64,000 nucleotides of DNA from Alphaproteobacteria bacterium (GTDB lineage: Bacteria; Pseudomonadota; Alphaproteobacteria; CALKHQ01): positions 3,776,001 to 3,840,000 of the forward strand of contig CBDDFZ010000001.1 in the NCBI GenBank assembly GCA_965227515.1, read 5' to 3'. A program made the position numbers and the translations under genes. This document shows, in pieces, positions 22,855-33,017 of this stretch. A model generated the notes under the pieces. The model had not been told where the DNA came from. It worked only from the letters and a program-made list of their open reading frames with translations, and did not search any database. The first letter of the stretch is position 1. Every line of letters starts with the position of its first letter.

Positions 22855-23333
22855 ACCACGACGCCTACCCCAACCGCTACCTGCGCGACATTCTGCAAAA
22901 GGTGCGCACCATCGCCATGGTGGGCGCCAGCCCGAACTGGAACCGGCCCAGCTATTTCGCCATGAAGTACCTGCAGCACAAGGGATTCCGGGTGATCCCG
23001 GTCAACCCGCGCGCGGCGGGCGAGGAGATCCTGGGCGAGAAGGTCTATGCCGACCTGGCCGACGTCCCCGGGCACATAGACATGGTCGACATCTTCCGCA
23101 ACTCGGAGGCGGCGGGCCCGATCACCGACGCGGCGATCGAAATAGGCGCCGACGTGGTGTGGATGCAGCTTGGCGTGCGCAACGACGCGGCGGCGGCGCG
23201 GGCCGAGGCCGCCGGCCTAGAAGTCGTGATGGACCGCTGCCCGAAGATCGAGTTCGCGCGCCTGCACGGTGAGCTGGGCTGGAACGGCATGAACTCGCGC
23301 GTCATTTCGTCGAAACGCCGCAAGCTGGTGTGA
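22851..23333 (+). CDS. CoA-binding protein (YccU-like)
   Basis: IAMVGAS..RPSY, IPVNP, DMVDIFR, VWMQLG, VMDRCPKIE. GTG overlaps the upstream stop. Confidence 0.9.
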   Translation: MNHDAYPNRYLRDILQKVRTIAMVGASPNWNRPSYFAMKYLQHKGFRVIPVNPRAAGEEILGEKVYADLADVPGHIDMVDIFRNSEAAGPITDAAIEIGADVVWMQLGVRNDAAAARAEAAGLEVVMDRCPKIEFARLHGELGWNGMNSRVISSKRRKLV

Positions 23334-23363
23334 GTTGATGCCATTTGCCAACTGCCTTTTTCT

Positions 23364-23482
23364 GTCATGCGCGGACTTGATCCGCGCATCCACGCGGTTG
23401 ATGACAATTGCTGGCATTGCCGTGTTCCTGCAATGCCCACGTGGATACCCGGGTCTCGGCTTTCAGCCGGCCCGGGCATGAC
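23364..23482. repeat. REP/RPE-like palindromic element
   Basis: gtcatgcgcggacttgatccgcgcatccac...gtggatacccggg...cccgggcatgac nested inverted repeats. Confidence 0.75.
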
Positions 23483-23544
23483 GTTCTAGTGGTTGTTTCG
23501 GCGAGCCTTGCCGGCTGGAGCCGAGTTGCCGACAGAGAGTGACC

Positions 23545-24858
23545 ATGACCGACAGCAAGAACCCCGGTTTCAACACACTGGCGCTGCACGCCGGGGCCGC
23601 GCCGGACCCGACCACGGGCGCGCGCAGTGTGCCGATCTACCAGTCGACCTCGTTCGTGTTCGACGACGTGGACCACGCTGCCTCGCTGTTCAACCTGCAG
23701 ACCGTGGGCTTCATCTATTCGCGGCTGACCAACCCCACGGTCGCGGCACTGGAGGAGCGAGTCGCGGCACTGGAGGACGGTCGCGGCGCCACCGCCACGT
23801 CGTCCGGCCACGCCGCCCAGATATTGGCGCTTTTCCCGCTGATGCACCCGGGCGACCACATCGTCGCCTCCAATAAGCTCTATGGCGGTTCGCTGAATCA
23901 GATGGGCCACAGCTACAAGAAGTTCGGCTGGTCGACCACGTTTGTGGACCCTGACAGCGCCGATAACTTCAAGGCCGCGATCGCCGACACCACCAAGGCG
24001 ATCTTCATCGAAAGCCTGGCCAACCCCGGCGGCGTGGTGGTCGACATCGAGGCGGTGGCCCAGGTGGCGCACGATGCCGGCATTCCGCTGATCGTGGACA
24101 ACACGCTGGCGACCCCTGCCCTTTGTCGTCCGTTCGAATGGGGCGCGGATGTGGTGGTGCACTCGACCACCAAATTCCTGTCCGGCAGCGGCACCGCGGT
24201 CGGCGGCGCGGTGGTCGACAGCGGCACATTCGACTGGGCGCAAAACGACAAGTTCCCCAGCCTGTCGACGCCGGCGCCGGAGTATCACGGCCTCACCTTC
24301 ACCGAGACGTTCGGGGACATGGCTTACACCATCTATGGGCATGCCATCGGGTTGCGCGACCTGGGGCCGAGCCAGGCGCCGATGAATGCGTGGCTGACCA
24401 TGCTGGGCATCGAGACCCTGTCACTGCGCATGGAGCGGCAGTGCGCCAACGCGCTGAAAGTGGCGGAATACCTGGAGGGGCACCCGGCGGTCGAGTGGGT
24501 GTTCTATGCCGGCTTGCCGTCCAACCCCTACCACGCGCTGGCGCAGAAGTACCTGAAGGGCGGCGCGGGCGCGGTCTTCACCTTCGGCCTGAAGGGCGGG
24601 TTCGACGCCGGCATCGCCATGGTGGAGAACTGCGAGTTGCTGTCCCACCTCGCCAACATCGGCGATTCGAAGTCGCTGATCATTCACCCGGCCTCGACCA
24701 CCCACCGCCAGCTCGACGAGGCGGCGCAGATCGCCTGCGGCGCCGGGCCGGATGTGGTGCGGCTGTCGATCGGCATCGAGGACGTCGCCGACATTATCGC
24801 CGACCTGGAACAGGCGCTGGCCGCGGCCCAGGAAACCACGCGCGCGGCAGCCGAATAA
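23545..24858 (+). CDS. metY: O-acetylhomoserine aminocarboxypropyltransferase (MetY family)
   Basis: [23 protein letters not shown] (PLP lysine), [17 protein letters not shown]. Confidence 0.9.
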   Translation: MTDSKNPGFNTLALHAGAAPDPTTGARSVPIYQSTSFVFDDVDHAASLFNLQTVGFIYSRLTNPTVAALEERVAALEDGRGATATSSGHAAQILALFPLMHPGDHIVASNKLYGGSLNQMGHSYKKFGWSTTFVDPDSADNFKAAIADTTKAIFIESLANPGGVVVDIEAVAQVAHDAGIPLIVDNTLATPALCRPFEWGADVVVHSTTKFLSGSGTAVGGAVVDSGTFDWAQNDKFPSLSTPAPEYHGLTFTETFGDMAYTIYGHAIGLRDLGPSQAPMNAWLTMLGIETLSLRMERQCANALKVAEYLEGHPAVEWVFYAGLPSNPYHALAQKYLKGGAGAVFTFGLKGGFDAGIAMVENCELLSHLANIGDSKSLIIHPASTTHRQLDEAAQIACGAGPDVVRLSIGIEDVADIIADLEQALAAAQETTRAAAE

Positions 24859-25044
24859 CGTTCAGGCAATCAAGTTCCGCCTGGGGGCTGGCCTGCAACC
24901 GAGTACGCCCGCTAGCTGAACATTAATTTCGCCCCGCATTTTCAATTGATCTTGCCGGCGCATAGCTGACAGAATGCGTCGTTCGATTGCAGTGATTTTA
25001 TTCGCTCAGAAGTTCATTTTTCATTCATTTAAAGGAGGGCGGCG

Positions 25045-26220
25045 GTGTCAGAGCCCGACTCAAGCCTAACCGAGCGCACGCAGTCTCGGTCAAGTCTCGA
25101 ACTCCTCGGCGCATATGTCGATAACGCATCCAACCACACCCCGCGCTGGCTCAACTGGCTGTTTGTCCTCGTGCCCATCGCCACGATTGCGGGGGCCGCA
25201 TACGTTTTCAATGAGACAGTTGAAGTCGGCAGAATCGAACTTCGCTTTATTGGCGAGGTTTTCGGCACGATCGAGCCGACCGAAATTCCGCCCAAGGTCG
25301 TCCACGGAATCTACGGCTGGGGCCTGGCATTTGTCGCCATGTGCGTCGCCGGACTGGCCACCACTGCCATCTGCCTGCGCGTTATCTACTGTCAGGCAGA
25401 GGGACAACGCACCGCGATATTTGCTGTCGCCACTGTGCTGGGCTTGGCTGTCTTCGCGGCGGTCGTAAGCCTCGACTACTATCCAAAAAACGCTATCAGT
25501 GGCGCGCTGTTCGATGGAACCGTGGGGCATTTGCCGTCTTGCGGCCCGGACGATGAGACCGCCGACGACGTCCACGCATGTTTCAACGACGCGGGCGAGC
25601 GGGTCTCGATCGGCAACACCGGTTCCAGCATCAAGGACATCCTGCCCTGGGGCAGCGCAGTGCTGTGCATGGCCGCCGTGCTCGCATTCATCGCTGCCGC
25701 ATCGACCATCGCGACCGGCCGCCCACCCAAGCCACCGAGCACCGAGCACGACCAATCAAAGGTCGCCAGCGGTTGGAGCGACTTGCGCCTCATCGTCATG
25801 ATGACCGCGGCAACTTTGGTCCTGTCCTATCTGACATCCCATCTCCTGCTCAATCTGGGCGCCGAAACCGTGGCGGCCGCCGAAATTCCGGCGGACGACC
25901 CCAACGCGGTTACGGGCGATAGCGAAGATGCGGAGGGGGGCGAAGAACTGGAGGAAAACGCCTCGCCTTCGCCCCATGACCTGACGGTCGCGCGGTATGC
26001 CGAGTTGCAGAGCGCAGCGGAACTCTACTGGACAGTCATCACGACCGTCGCCCTTGCATCGATTTACTTTCCCGTGGCCGCAATACTGTGGATCAGGACC
26101 ACGCCGGATAAGCGAAAACCCGACCAGAACCCTTGGATGGCGGTCGCGAAGCAGATTCTTACCATCGTCAGTCCGCTGCTCGCTGGCCTCGTGGTCAATC
26201 TCTCAGAGTTGTTTGCCTGA
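25045..26220 (+). CDS. Hypothetical multi-pass membrane protein
   Basis: 391-aa ORF after AAGGAGG, about 7 hydrophobic segments and acidic loops. Confidence 0.75.
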   Translation: MSEPDSSLTERTQSRSSLELLGAYVDNASNHTPRWLNWLFVLVPIATIAGAAYVFNETVEVGRIELRFIGEVFGTIEPTEIPPKVVHGIYGWGLAFVAMCVAGLATTAICLRVIYCQAEGQRTAIFAVATVLGLAVFAAVVSLDYYPKNAISGALFDGTVGHLPSCGPDDETADDVHACFNDAGERVSIGNTGSSIKDILPWGSAVLCMAAVLAFIAAASTIATGRPPKPPSTEHDQSKVASGWSDLRLIVMMTAATLVLSYLTSHLLLNLGAETVAAAEIPADDPNAVTGDSEDAEGGEELEENASPSPHDLTVARYAELQSAAELYWTVITTVALASIYFPVAAILWIRTTPDKRKPDQNPWMAVAKQILTIVSPLLAGLVVNLSELFA

Positions 26221-26239
26221 CCGCCGGGCTGAAAAAGCG

Positions 26240-26698
26240 CTAGACGCTGCAGCTGTCGCCGGCGCTGATGGTGGCGTCCTCGGGGAAGCTGCCGGAGCCC
26301 TCGGCGTTGTAGATGGTCACCCGGCCGAGCGGCAGGAAGTCCATGGTCTTGCAGCCCTGGACACCCCCCAGCGTCTCGCAAACGAACTCGCCATTGACGT
26401 TCCAGGTGCCGCCCTCGGGCAGCGACCGGTCGACTTGGTGATAGAGCGAGCCGTCGGCGTTGTAATAGGTGCAATATCCGTCGCCCGCCACGTTGGTGCT
26501 GCGGATGGTGTGGCCGGCCAGGTTGTTGCGCAGCACGTCGCCGGTCGGCGCGCCGACGACATCGGGACCGGTCGATGCCGGTGAGATCGGCGTGAAGGTC
26601 TGGCCGGCACCGCCCGAACCGCCACTGGAATTGCAGGCCGCGAGCGCGAACGATGCCGCGACGGCCAGGACGAGGGAAAACGCGGTTCCGATACGCAT
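26240..26698 (-). CDS. Hypothetical lipoprotein
   Basis: Lipobox LAAC after a hydrophobic signal; GGAGG RBS; G-x-W..VC small beta domain. Confidence 0.75.
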   Translation of the reverse strand: MRIGTAFSLVLAVAASFALAACNSSGGSGGAGQTFTPISPASTGPDVVGAPTGDVLRNNLAGHTIRSTNVAGDGYCTYYNADGSLYHQVDRSLPEGGTWNVNGEFVCETLGGVQGCKTMDFLPLGRVTIYNAEGSGSFPEDATISAGDSCSV

Positions 26699-26795
26699 GG
26701 CGGTTGCCTCCAGAGCAATGTTCAAACCAGTTGTCTCAGACAGTTGCACACCGCGACAACCGCCGCAACGCCCCTGCCCGGCCCGTAAGTCCAGC

Positions 26796-28217
26796 CTACT
26801 TGCCGCGCACGCGTGGGCCGCTGTTGCTGTCCTGTTGCGGCGGTGCCGGCGCGTCGTCGTCCGGCGAGCGGAACAGCGAGCTGCCGGGGCTGTCGTCCTG
26901 ATTCGCATCTGGCCCCTGGTCTGGCCCCTGGCCGGCATCCACTAGATCGGGCAGATCGGGCCCGTCCGGCTCTTGCCCCGGTGGCGCGAAGCCCGGCAGC
27001 AATTCCAGCCCCGTCGGCGGCGGCGCCTCCGGATAGGCAGCAACCGCCTGGCCGTCATCGCCAAGTGCCGGTCCGTAATTCGGGCCGGCATAGAACGGCC
27101 CCCAGTCGCCCGGCCCGCCGCCCAGCTCGAACGTGTTGACCATGGCCAGCACGTTGGGCTGCATCACCGGGCCGTCGTCGCGGCGGAACGTGTAGATGAA
27201 CTGCACCACCCAGCCAGCGGCGGTCTCGGCGCGCGTATAGACGTAGCGCAGATCGTTGCGGCCTGAGAGCACGAACCAGTCGTCCCGGCTCGCCGCATAG
27301 GGCACCTCGTATTCGGCCGCCAGGTCCGCGGCCGTCGCCGCGTAGTCGTCCGCCAGTTGCGCCACGCCGCCGGTGTGCCACCGAAGCTCAAGCTCGGCAT
27401 CGAACCTACTGGAATAGAAGGCGATTCCGCCGCCCGGCAATGCCGACTGCTGGTCGAAGATGTTCTCCGGCACACCGATGCGGAACGGCGGCACGGCCAG
27501 GGTGTAGGGCGCGAAACCGGCCGCCGTGCGGCGCGCCGTCGCCTCGGTCAGCAGGTCCACCATCTGGCTGGCGGTCAGATAGCCGGTTTCCGCCGCCCCG
27601 ACCGATTCCTGATAGCTGCTGACGGCATCGCGCGTGCCTGGGCCGAACGCGCCGTCGATCAGGCCGTTGTAATGGAACGTCCACTGCAGGCCCCATTGGA
27701 TGTCGCGCCGCTCCTGCTCGCTCAACACGCCTTCCAGCGCCGCGCCGGCGGCCGCCGGATCCCGTGCACGTAGTTCGGCCAGCCCGGCATCGATTTGCCA
27801 GCGCGCGATCGCCTGCTCGGCCGCGACGCTCATCGGCTCCAAGCCCAATGCGCCGACCGGCGCCACCGCGCCCGCCGCGAGCCGCATGACCCGTACATTG
27901 CCCGTATCGGTGTCGACCGCCAGCAGGCTGCGGTCCGTGTCGCAAGACCGCGGGTTGCAGCCGGTGACCAGCAGCACCCGCTCGCCGATCAGCACGGCCG
28001 GCGCGGCGCGGACCATGGACTGCGACCACGGCCCGAGTTCGCCGCCAAGGCCCTGGCGCAGGGCGTCCAGCAGGGACGGATCGGCCAGGACCTGGGCGCC
28101 CTCGGCCCCGTGGAAATAGCGCAGATGCGCCAGGTCCTGCGCGAATGCCGGCACCGTGGCAATCGCGACCGCTGCTGCCATGGCGGCAGCACGAATCACC
28201 TCATTCACTGCATTCAT
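26796..28217 (-). CDS. Secreted peptidoglycan-binding domain protein
   Basis: Signal peptide (AFA-Q) and PG_binding_1 motif IQWGLQWTFHYNGLIDGAFGPGTRDAVSSYQ..TGYLT. Confidence 0.8.
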   Translation of the reverse strand: MNAVNEVIRAAAMAAAVAIATVPAFAQDLAHLRYFHGAEGAQVLADPSLLDALRQGLGGELGPWSQSMVRAAPAVLIGERVLLVTGCNPRSCDTDRSLLAVDTDTGNVRVMRLAAGAVAPVGALGLEPMSVAAEQAIARWQIDAGLAELRARDPAAAGAALEGVLSEQERRDIQWGLQWTFHYNGLIDGAFGPGTRDAVSSYQESVGAAETGYLTASQMVDLLTEATARRTAAGFAPYTLAVPPFRIGVPENIFDQQSALPGGGIAFYSSRFDAELELRWHTGGVAQLADDYAATAADLAAEYEVPYAASRDDWFVLSGRNDLRYVYTRAETAAGWVVQFIYTFRRDDGPVMQPNVLAMVNTFELGGGPGDWGPFYAGPNYGPALGDDGQAVAAYPEAPPPTGLELLPGFAPPGQEPDGPDLPDLVDAGQGPDQGPDANQDDSPGSSLFRSPDDDAPAPPQQDSNSGPRVRGK

Positions 28218-28272
28218 ATTCCACCCCAACATATTGAAGTGAATATGTTTTGAAGCGCTGTCGGCGGCGAAC

Positions 28273-29232
28273 CTACATCACCCCGTCGCGCTTCATCTGC
28301 TGCGTCAGCAGTTCGAGTTCCACGTCCAGATCCAGCCGATCCTGACGCTGCAGCTTGTGGTACTGCTCCTCAAAGACACGCTCCATCTCCTTGAGGGCAA
28401 TACTGAAATTCTCGTCCAGCACATCGTCGCTGAGGCCGGAGCGAATCTGCGTCTGCTCGAACTCAACCAGCACCTGGGCGCCGTGCGCGCCCTCCTCGCC
28501 GCCCGAGGCCGCATCGGTCACCGAGCTCGACGCGACGGCGGCGGAGTCCGTACCGCCCCAGCCGCCGGAAACCCCGCGCAGGCTGACGTACTTCTCGGTC
28601 ACCCGCTTGGCGCCGTCGAGATAGATGTTCAGGAACTGCCGCGCCCGGCGCAGCGAGGCCGGCACCGCGTCCTCGCGCAAATCGTCCAGGATGCGGTCGC
28701 CCCATTTCACCAGGTTGCGCACCCGCTCACGGTACTCGCGATGCCGGAGCTTGCTTTGCAGGCGCTTGAGTGTGCGCAGGGCCTCGCCGGCTTCCTCCAG
28801 CGTCTCGCGGACCAGGATCTGGGTCTCGTTGGCGTGCCGGCGCCCGAACGAATGGTCCAGGCCATAGGCCAGCACGTGGCCGGCCCATGCGCCGACACCG
28901 AACACGATAGAGGCGATGAAGCCGTGGCCGACCGCCAGCGAGGCGACGAAGAACGTCGCCACGCCGACGATGATGGACGCCGGCAGCTTCATCGGCAGCC
29001 ATTTCAGCGGGTCTTCGCGGCGCGGCCGCACTTCGCGCTGGATGCCGACCCGGGTGATCACGCCGGCCACCGCGTAGACCGCGTAGAGGATGGCCACGAT
29101 GGCCGCGCGCAGGCCCTCGCCGATGGCGAGCGACCAGATCGCATCCACGATCAGCGGACTCGGCAGGATGAACAGCCACAGGCCCGCGGTCTTGTACCGG
29201 GCGCGCGCCAATGTTTCGGCGGGGGATGCCAT
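28273..29232 (-). CDS. XpaC-like (5-bromo-4-chloroindolyl phosphate hydrolysis family) membrane protein
   Basis: N-terminal TMs ending LAYGLD, RARQFLNIYLDGAKRVTEKY, DRLDLDVELELL. Confidence 0.8.
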   Translation of the reverse strand: MASPAETLARARYKTAGLWLFILPSPLIVDAIWSLAIGEGLRAAIVAILYAVYAVAGVITRVGIQREVRPRREDPLKWLPMKLPASIIVGVATFFVASLAVGHGFIASIVFGVGAWAGHVLAYGLDHSFGRRHANETQILVRETLEEAGEALRTLKRLQSKLRHREYRERVRNLVKWGDRILDDLREDAVPASLRRARQFLNIYLDGAKRVTEKYVSLRGVSGGWGGTDSAAVASSSVTDAASGGEEGAHGAQVLVEFEQTQIRSGLSDDVLDENFSIALKEMERVFEEQYHKLQRQDRLDLDVELELLTQQMKRDGVM

Positions 29233-29235
29233 GGC

Positions 29236-29403
29236 TCAGCCCTCCCCGCCGCTGCCGTCAACCGGACCCTGCCCGGTCTCCGGATCGTCGCCCATGGGAT
29301 TCTCGTAGAGCCCCTGCTCGGTCAGCAGGGCCTGGCAGCTGCCAAGCCCGATGGTCGCGATCATCAGGACGATGCCGGCCAGCTTCAGAAACGTGTTGTC
29401 CAC
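29236..29403 (-). CDS. Small hypothetical membrane/lipoprotein
   Basis: 55 aa with hydrophobic N-terminus and LGSC; ends 3 nt before the xpaC-like start. Confidence 0.5.
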   Translation of the reverse strand: MDNTFLKLAGIVLMIATIGLGSCQALLTEQGLYENPMGDDPETGQGPVDGSGGEG

Positions 29404-29567
29404 CTGCCTACCTTCGCAGCGTTTGGCGCAACGAATGACACGCAGCGCCGTTGTTCGGGCGTGTATAGTCGAATTCGGCGCGCGTCGAAACCATGCCTGC
29501 GGCATTGCCATTGGCTGCCAAGGCCGGTATCGACGCGGCGAGACTGACCGGCAACGGAGGCCGCAAT

Positions 29568-30542
29568 ATGGCAGCCCACGGCTCCAAGATCGTCATCTAT
29601 GCGGCACTTGCCGGTAACGGACTGATCGCAATCACGAAATTCACGGCCGCTGGCATCACCGGCAGCTCGGCGATGTTCAGCGAGGCCGTGCACAGCCTGG
29701 TCGACACCGGCAACCAGGGCCTGCTGCTCTATGGGCTCAAGACATCGGCCAGGCCCGCCGACAAGAAGCACCCGTTCGGCTATGGCATGGAGCTCTACTT
29801 CTACGCCTTCCTGGTCGCGATCCTGATTTTCGGGCTCGGCGCCGGCATTTCGCTCTACGAAGGCATTCACAAGGTCATCGACCCGCATCCGGTCACCGAC
29901 ACCCTGATCAACTACATCGTCCTGGGGCTCGCCATCTGCTTCGAAGCGGTGGCCTGGTACTTCGCGTTTCGCGAGTTCCGCGCGACAAAGGGGTCGCGCG
30001 GCTGGGTGGAGGCGATCCGCCATACCAAGGACCCGACCGTACTGACCGTGCTGTTCGAGGACAGCGCCGCGATGCTGGGCCTGGTGGTTGCGCTGATCGG
30101 CGTGACCATCGTCGACCTGACCGGGATCTATTGGATCGATGGGCTGGCATCGATCGTCATCGGCTGCATCCTGGCGACGACCGCCGTCATCCTGGCCTTG
30201 GAGTGCAAGGGGCTGTTGATCGGCGAGGCCGCCGGCGCCGAGGTTATCGACGACATCCGCTCACGCGTGAAGCGTCACAGCTCCATCGAGCAGATCAACG
30301 AGTTGCGGACCATGCACATGGGCCCGAACGATGTTCTGGTCGCGATGTCGCTGGACTTCCGCAACGACATCAGCGTCGGCGCGGTCGAGAGCTCGATTAC
30401 GGCGATCGAGAAGGAGTTGCGCGAGGCGCACTCGGACATCAAACGCATATTTATTGAGGTCCAAAGCCGGCGCGATCACGACGCTCTGGTCAAGGCCGCG
30501 GACGCCGAGCGTCTCGCCGAGGCGGAAGCCAAGAAGCCGTAG
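29568..30542 (+). CDS. Cation diffusion facilitator family transporter
   Basis: SEAVHSLVDTGNQ, HPFGYG, VLFEDSAA, RTMHMGP. Confidence 0.92.
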   Translation: MAAHGSKIVIYAALAGNGLIAITKFTAAGITGSSAMFSEAVHSLVDTGNQGLLLYGLKTSARPADKKHPFGYGMELYFYAFLVAILIFGLGAGISLYEGIHKVIDPHPVTDTLINYIVLGLAICFEAVAWYFAFREFRATKGSRGWVEAIRHTKDPTVLTVLFEDSAAMLGLVVALIGVTIVDLTGIYWIDGLASIVIGCILATTAVILALECKGLLIGEAAGAEVIDDIRSRVKRHSSIEQINELRTMHMGPNDVLVAMSLDFRNDISVGAVESSITAIEKELREAHSDIKRIFIEVQSRRDHDALVKAADAERLAEAEAKKP

Positions 30543-30551
30543 GCGCGCGAC

Positions 30552-30902
30552 ATGAGGCTCACCGGCCTGGTACCGATGCTGCAGGTCGACGATATCGAGG
30601 CCACCGTCGCCTGGTACCAGGAAACCCTGGGCTTCACCTGCACCGGCAGGTTCGGGGAGGACTGGTCTCGGCTCGAGCGCGACGCCGTCTCGCTGATGTT
30701 CATGCGCAACGACCATATGGGCGCTCCACACGCCACCGCCACCCAGTACATCTATGTCGATGACGCGATGGCGTTGTGGGAGGCGATCAAGGACCGCTGT
30801 ACCGTCGAGTGGGGCCCGGAGCGCTACGAGTACGGCAACCTGGAATTCGCCATCAAGGATATCAACGAATACCTGATAAGTTTCGGCCAACCCGTTGATT
30901 AG
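30552..30902 (+). CDS. VOC/glyoxalase-bleomycin resistance family protein
   Basis: PMLQVDDIEATVAWYQETLGF...YGNLEFAIKDINEYLISFGQ. Confidence 0.88.
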   Translation: MRLTGLVPMLQVDDIEATVAWYQETLGFTCTGRFGEDWSRLERDAVSLMFMRNDHMGAPHATATQYIYVDDAMALWEAIKDRCTVEWGPERYEYGNLEFAIKDINEYLISFGQPVD

Positions 30903-30920
30903 GCGCGTTCTTTCGTCGCT

Positions 30921-32138
30921 CTACTCCGCCGGCTGAACCACCGGCTGGTGCGACGGGCTGCGGTCCGACGGCAGCGTCATCGCGGTCAGCGCCACAACGG
31001 CGGCGAAAATGGCCAGCGCGATGAACACGATGGTGAAGTCGCCGGTCCATTCGAACAGCACGCCGACCAGCAGCGGCGCCACGACGCCGGCCCCCATCGC
31101 AACCACGAACCGGAAAGCGAAGACCCGGCTGAGCCAGGACTCGGGCACCGAGCGGACGACCAGCAGGTCCTCCACCGCCTGGAAGCCCATCGACAGGCAG
31201 ACTGCCAGCAAGGCCAGGCCCAGCAGAGAGCCGCCAGACATATAACCGATGACCACCAGCAGCGGGATCTGAACCACGTAGGACGAGATGAACATCGCCC
31301 GCTTCGGCAGCCGGTCGGCCAGCACACCGATGCCGATCTGCACGCCGCCGGCCAGCAGGTACAGGATGGTGACGAAGATGCTGGTGTCGGCGCCTTCCGC
31401 GCCGAACAGGGCGGTCGCGATGTCGCCGGTCGACTGCTCGAACAGCTTCGGCATCGCCACGCTGGAGGTGTGGAAGACCAGGCCGGCGAAGAACGCGATG
31501 ACCATCAATGCCGCCAGCAGACGCATCATCGACGGCGTGCGCAGCAGGCCGGGCGCGCTGCCCATGCCGGCACTGATGCCGCGCTCGTCGTCGCGCACCA
31601 GCAGCAGTTGCAGCACGCCGCATGCCGTGATCAGGCCACCCGGGATGTAGAAGGCCGCCCGCCAGTCCACCGCCTCGATGCACACCACCGCCATCACCGG
31701 CGCGATGGCCACGCCGACCGCGCCGAAGAAGCCGTTGACGCCGATGGCAAAGCCCTTCTTCTCGCCGGCCTTTCGCAACAGCCACGGAATGCCGACCGGG
31801 TGATAGATCGACGCGAACAGGCCGATGGCCGCCAGGCCCAACAGAAGCTCGAACGTGGTATCGGCGAACCCGGTTGCGATCGACGACAGGCCGAGGCCGA
31901 AGAAGAACACCTGCATCATGCGCGCCGCACCGATGCGATCGGCCAGGAAGCCGGCCGGCAGGGCGCCGAGGCCGAACAGCAGCCAGCCTGTCGAGGCCAG
32001 CGCGATCAGCTCGCCGTAGCTGACCTGCCACACATCCTCCAGCGTGATCACGATGGTGGCGTAGATCAGCATCATCATGTGCGTGGCGGTATGGCCCGCA
32101 CTGGCGAATCCCAGAACGGCAAATCGGGTAGACGGCAT
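30921..32138 (-). CDS. MFS transporter
   Basis: About 12 TM helices, motif A GFLADRIG, ASIYHPVG. Confidence 0.9.
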   Translation of the reverse strand: MPSTRFAVLGFASAGHTATHMMMLIYATIVITLEDVWQVSYGELIALASTGWLLFGLGALPAGFLADRIGAARMMQVFFFGLGLSSIATGFADTTFELLLGLAAIGLFASIYHPVGIPWLLRKAGEKKGFAIGVNGFFGAVGVAIAPVMAVVCIEAVDWRAAFYIPGGLITACGVLQLLLVRDDERGISAGMGSAPGLLRTPSMMRLLAALMVIAFFAGLVFHTSSVAMPKLFEQSTGDIATALFGAEGADTSIFVTILYLLAGGVQIGIGVLADRLPKRAMFISSYVVQIPLLVVIGYMSGGSLLGLALLAVCLSMGFQAVEDLLVVRSVPESWLSRVFAFRFVVAMGAGVVAPLLVGVLFEWTGDFTIVFIALAIFAAVVALTAMTLPSDRSPSHQPVVQPAE

Positions 32139-32494
32139 CAGTCGGTCTCCGTGCCCGCCGCTTCGGCCGCCACCCAATCGAGATAGGCGGCATGGCCCCC
32201 GATCACCGGGACCACAACGATGGCGGGACACTCGTAATCATGTCGGGCTTTCAGGAAGCTGACCAACTGATCTACGCGCCCGGCCACCGTCTTGTAAATG
32301 ACCAACACCTCCTCGCCCGCCTGAACCGCGCCGTCCCACCAGTAGATGGAGCGCACGCCCGGCAGCATGTTGGCGCAGGCGGCCAGCCGCGCGGCGACCA
32401 CCTCGCGCGAGACCGCGCCGGCCGAATCCGCATTGCCAAACATGACATGGACTTCCCGGACGCCCGTGTCGTCGCCTTGTGCCATCGTGCTCAT
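32138..32494 (-). CDS. cutA: Divalent-cation tolerance protein CutA
   Basis: RLAACAN, SIYWWDG, HDYECPAI, YLDWV. Confidence 0.92.
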   Translation of the reverse strand: MSTMAQGDDTGVREVHVMFGNADSAGAVSREVVAARLAACANMLPGVRSIYWWDGAVQAGEEVLVIYKTVAGRVDQLVSFLKARHDYECPAIVVVPVIGGHAAYLDWVAAEAAGTETD

Positions 32495-32637
32495 CCCCTG
32501 CCGTGGCGTTGCCCGCTACCTTGCCCCCCGCACATTGCAACATCGGCCGTCTCGCGTTAACCAATAGGCAACCATGCGCGCCCACTGTCGGCCATCCGAA
32601 TACCGAACGCGTCCGTGCCACAAGCCATCCACGCCCC

Positions 32638-32925
32638 GTGCCCGCCCGCCCCACTCTTGCCCAAAAGAACTGGTTGAAACGCGGTTTGAGCCAGCCAGGC
32701 GGTAAGCTGCCCCTGTTCGACGGCAATGGCCGCAAGGTCAACGCACGCGTCATCCGCGCGTGCATCGAGCGAGGATGGGCGGCACCGTGGTTCACCAACC
32801 CGTTGAAGCCCGACTGGCTGGTTTGCAAACTCACCGCGGCGGGTGCTACCGTCGCGCGGGAACGCAGCCTGCACAACGTCGCAGAGATGGCCTCGGCAAC
32901 GCCGGCCGCGGATTGCGTTGACTAA
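32638..32925 (+). CDS. Small hypothetical protein
   Basis: Protein-like WLKRGLSQPGGKLPLFD..GWAAPWFTNPLKPDWLVCKLT; start uncertain. Confidence 0.6.
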   Translation: MPARPTLAQKNWLKRGLSQPGGKLPLFDGNGRKVNARVIRACIERGWAAPWFTNPLKPDWLVCKLTAAGATVARERSLHNVAEMASATPAADCVD

Positions 32926-33017
32926 CTCGTCATTTGCAATCGGCCCGCGGGCCGGTCTAGTTGGCCGTAATCGTCGGCTCAGATCGGCCGCCTCTGACAT
33001 CATCGGGATCCAGTGAC

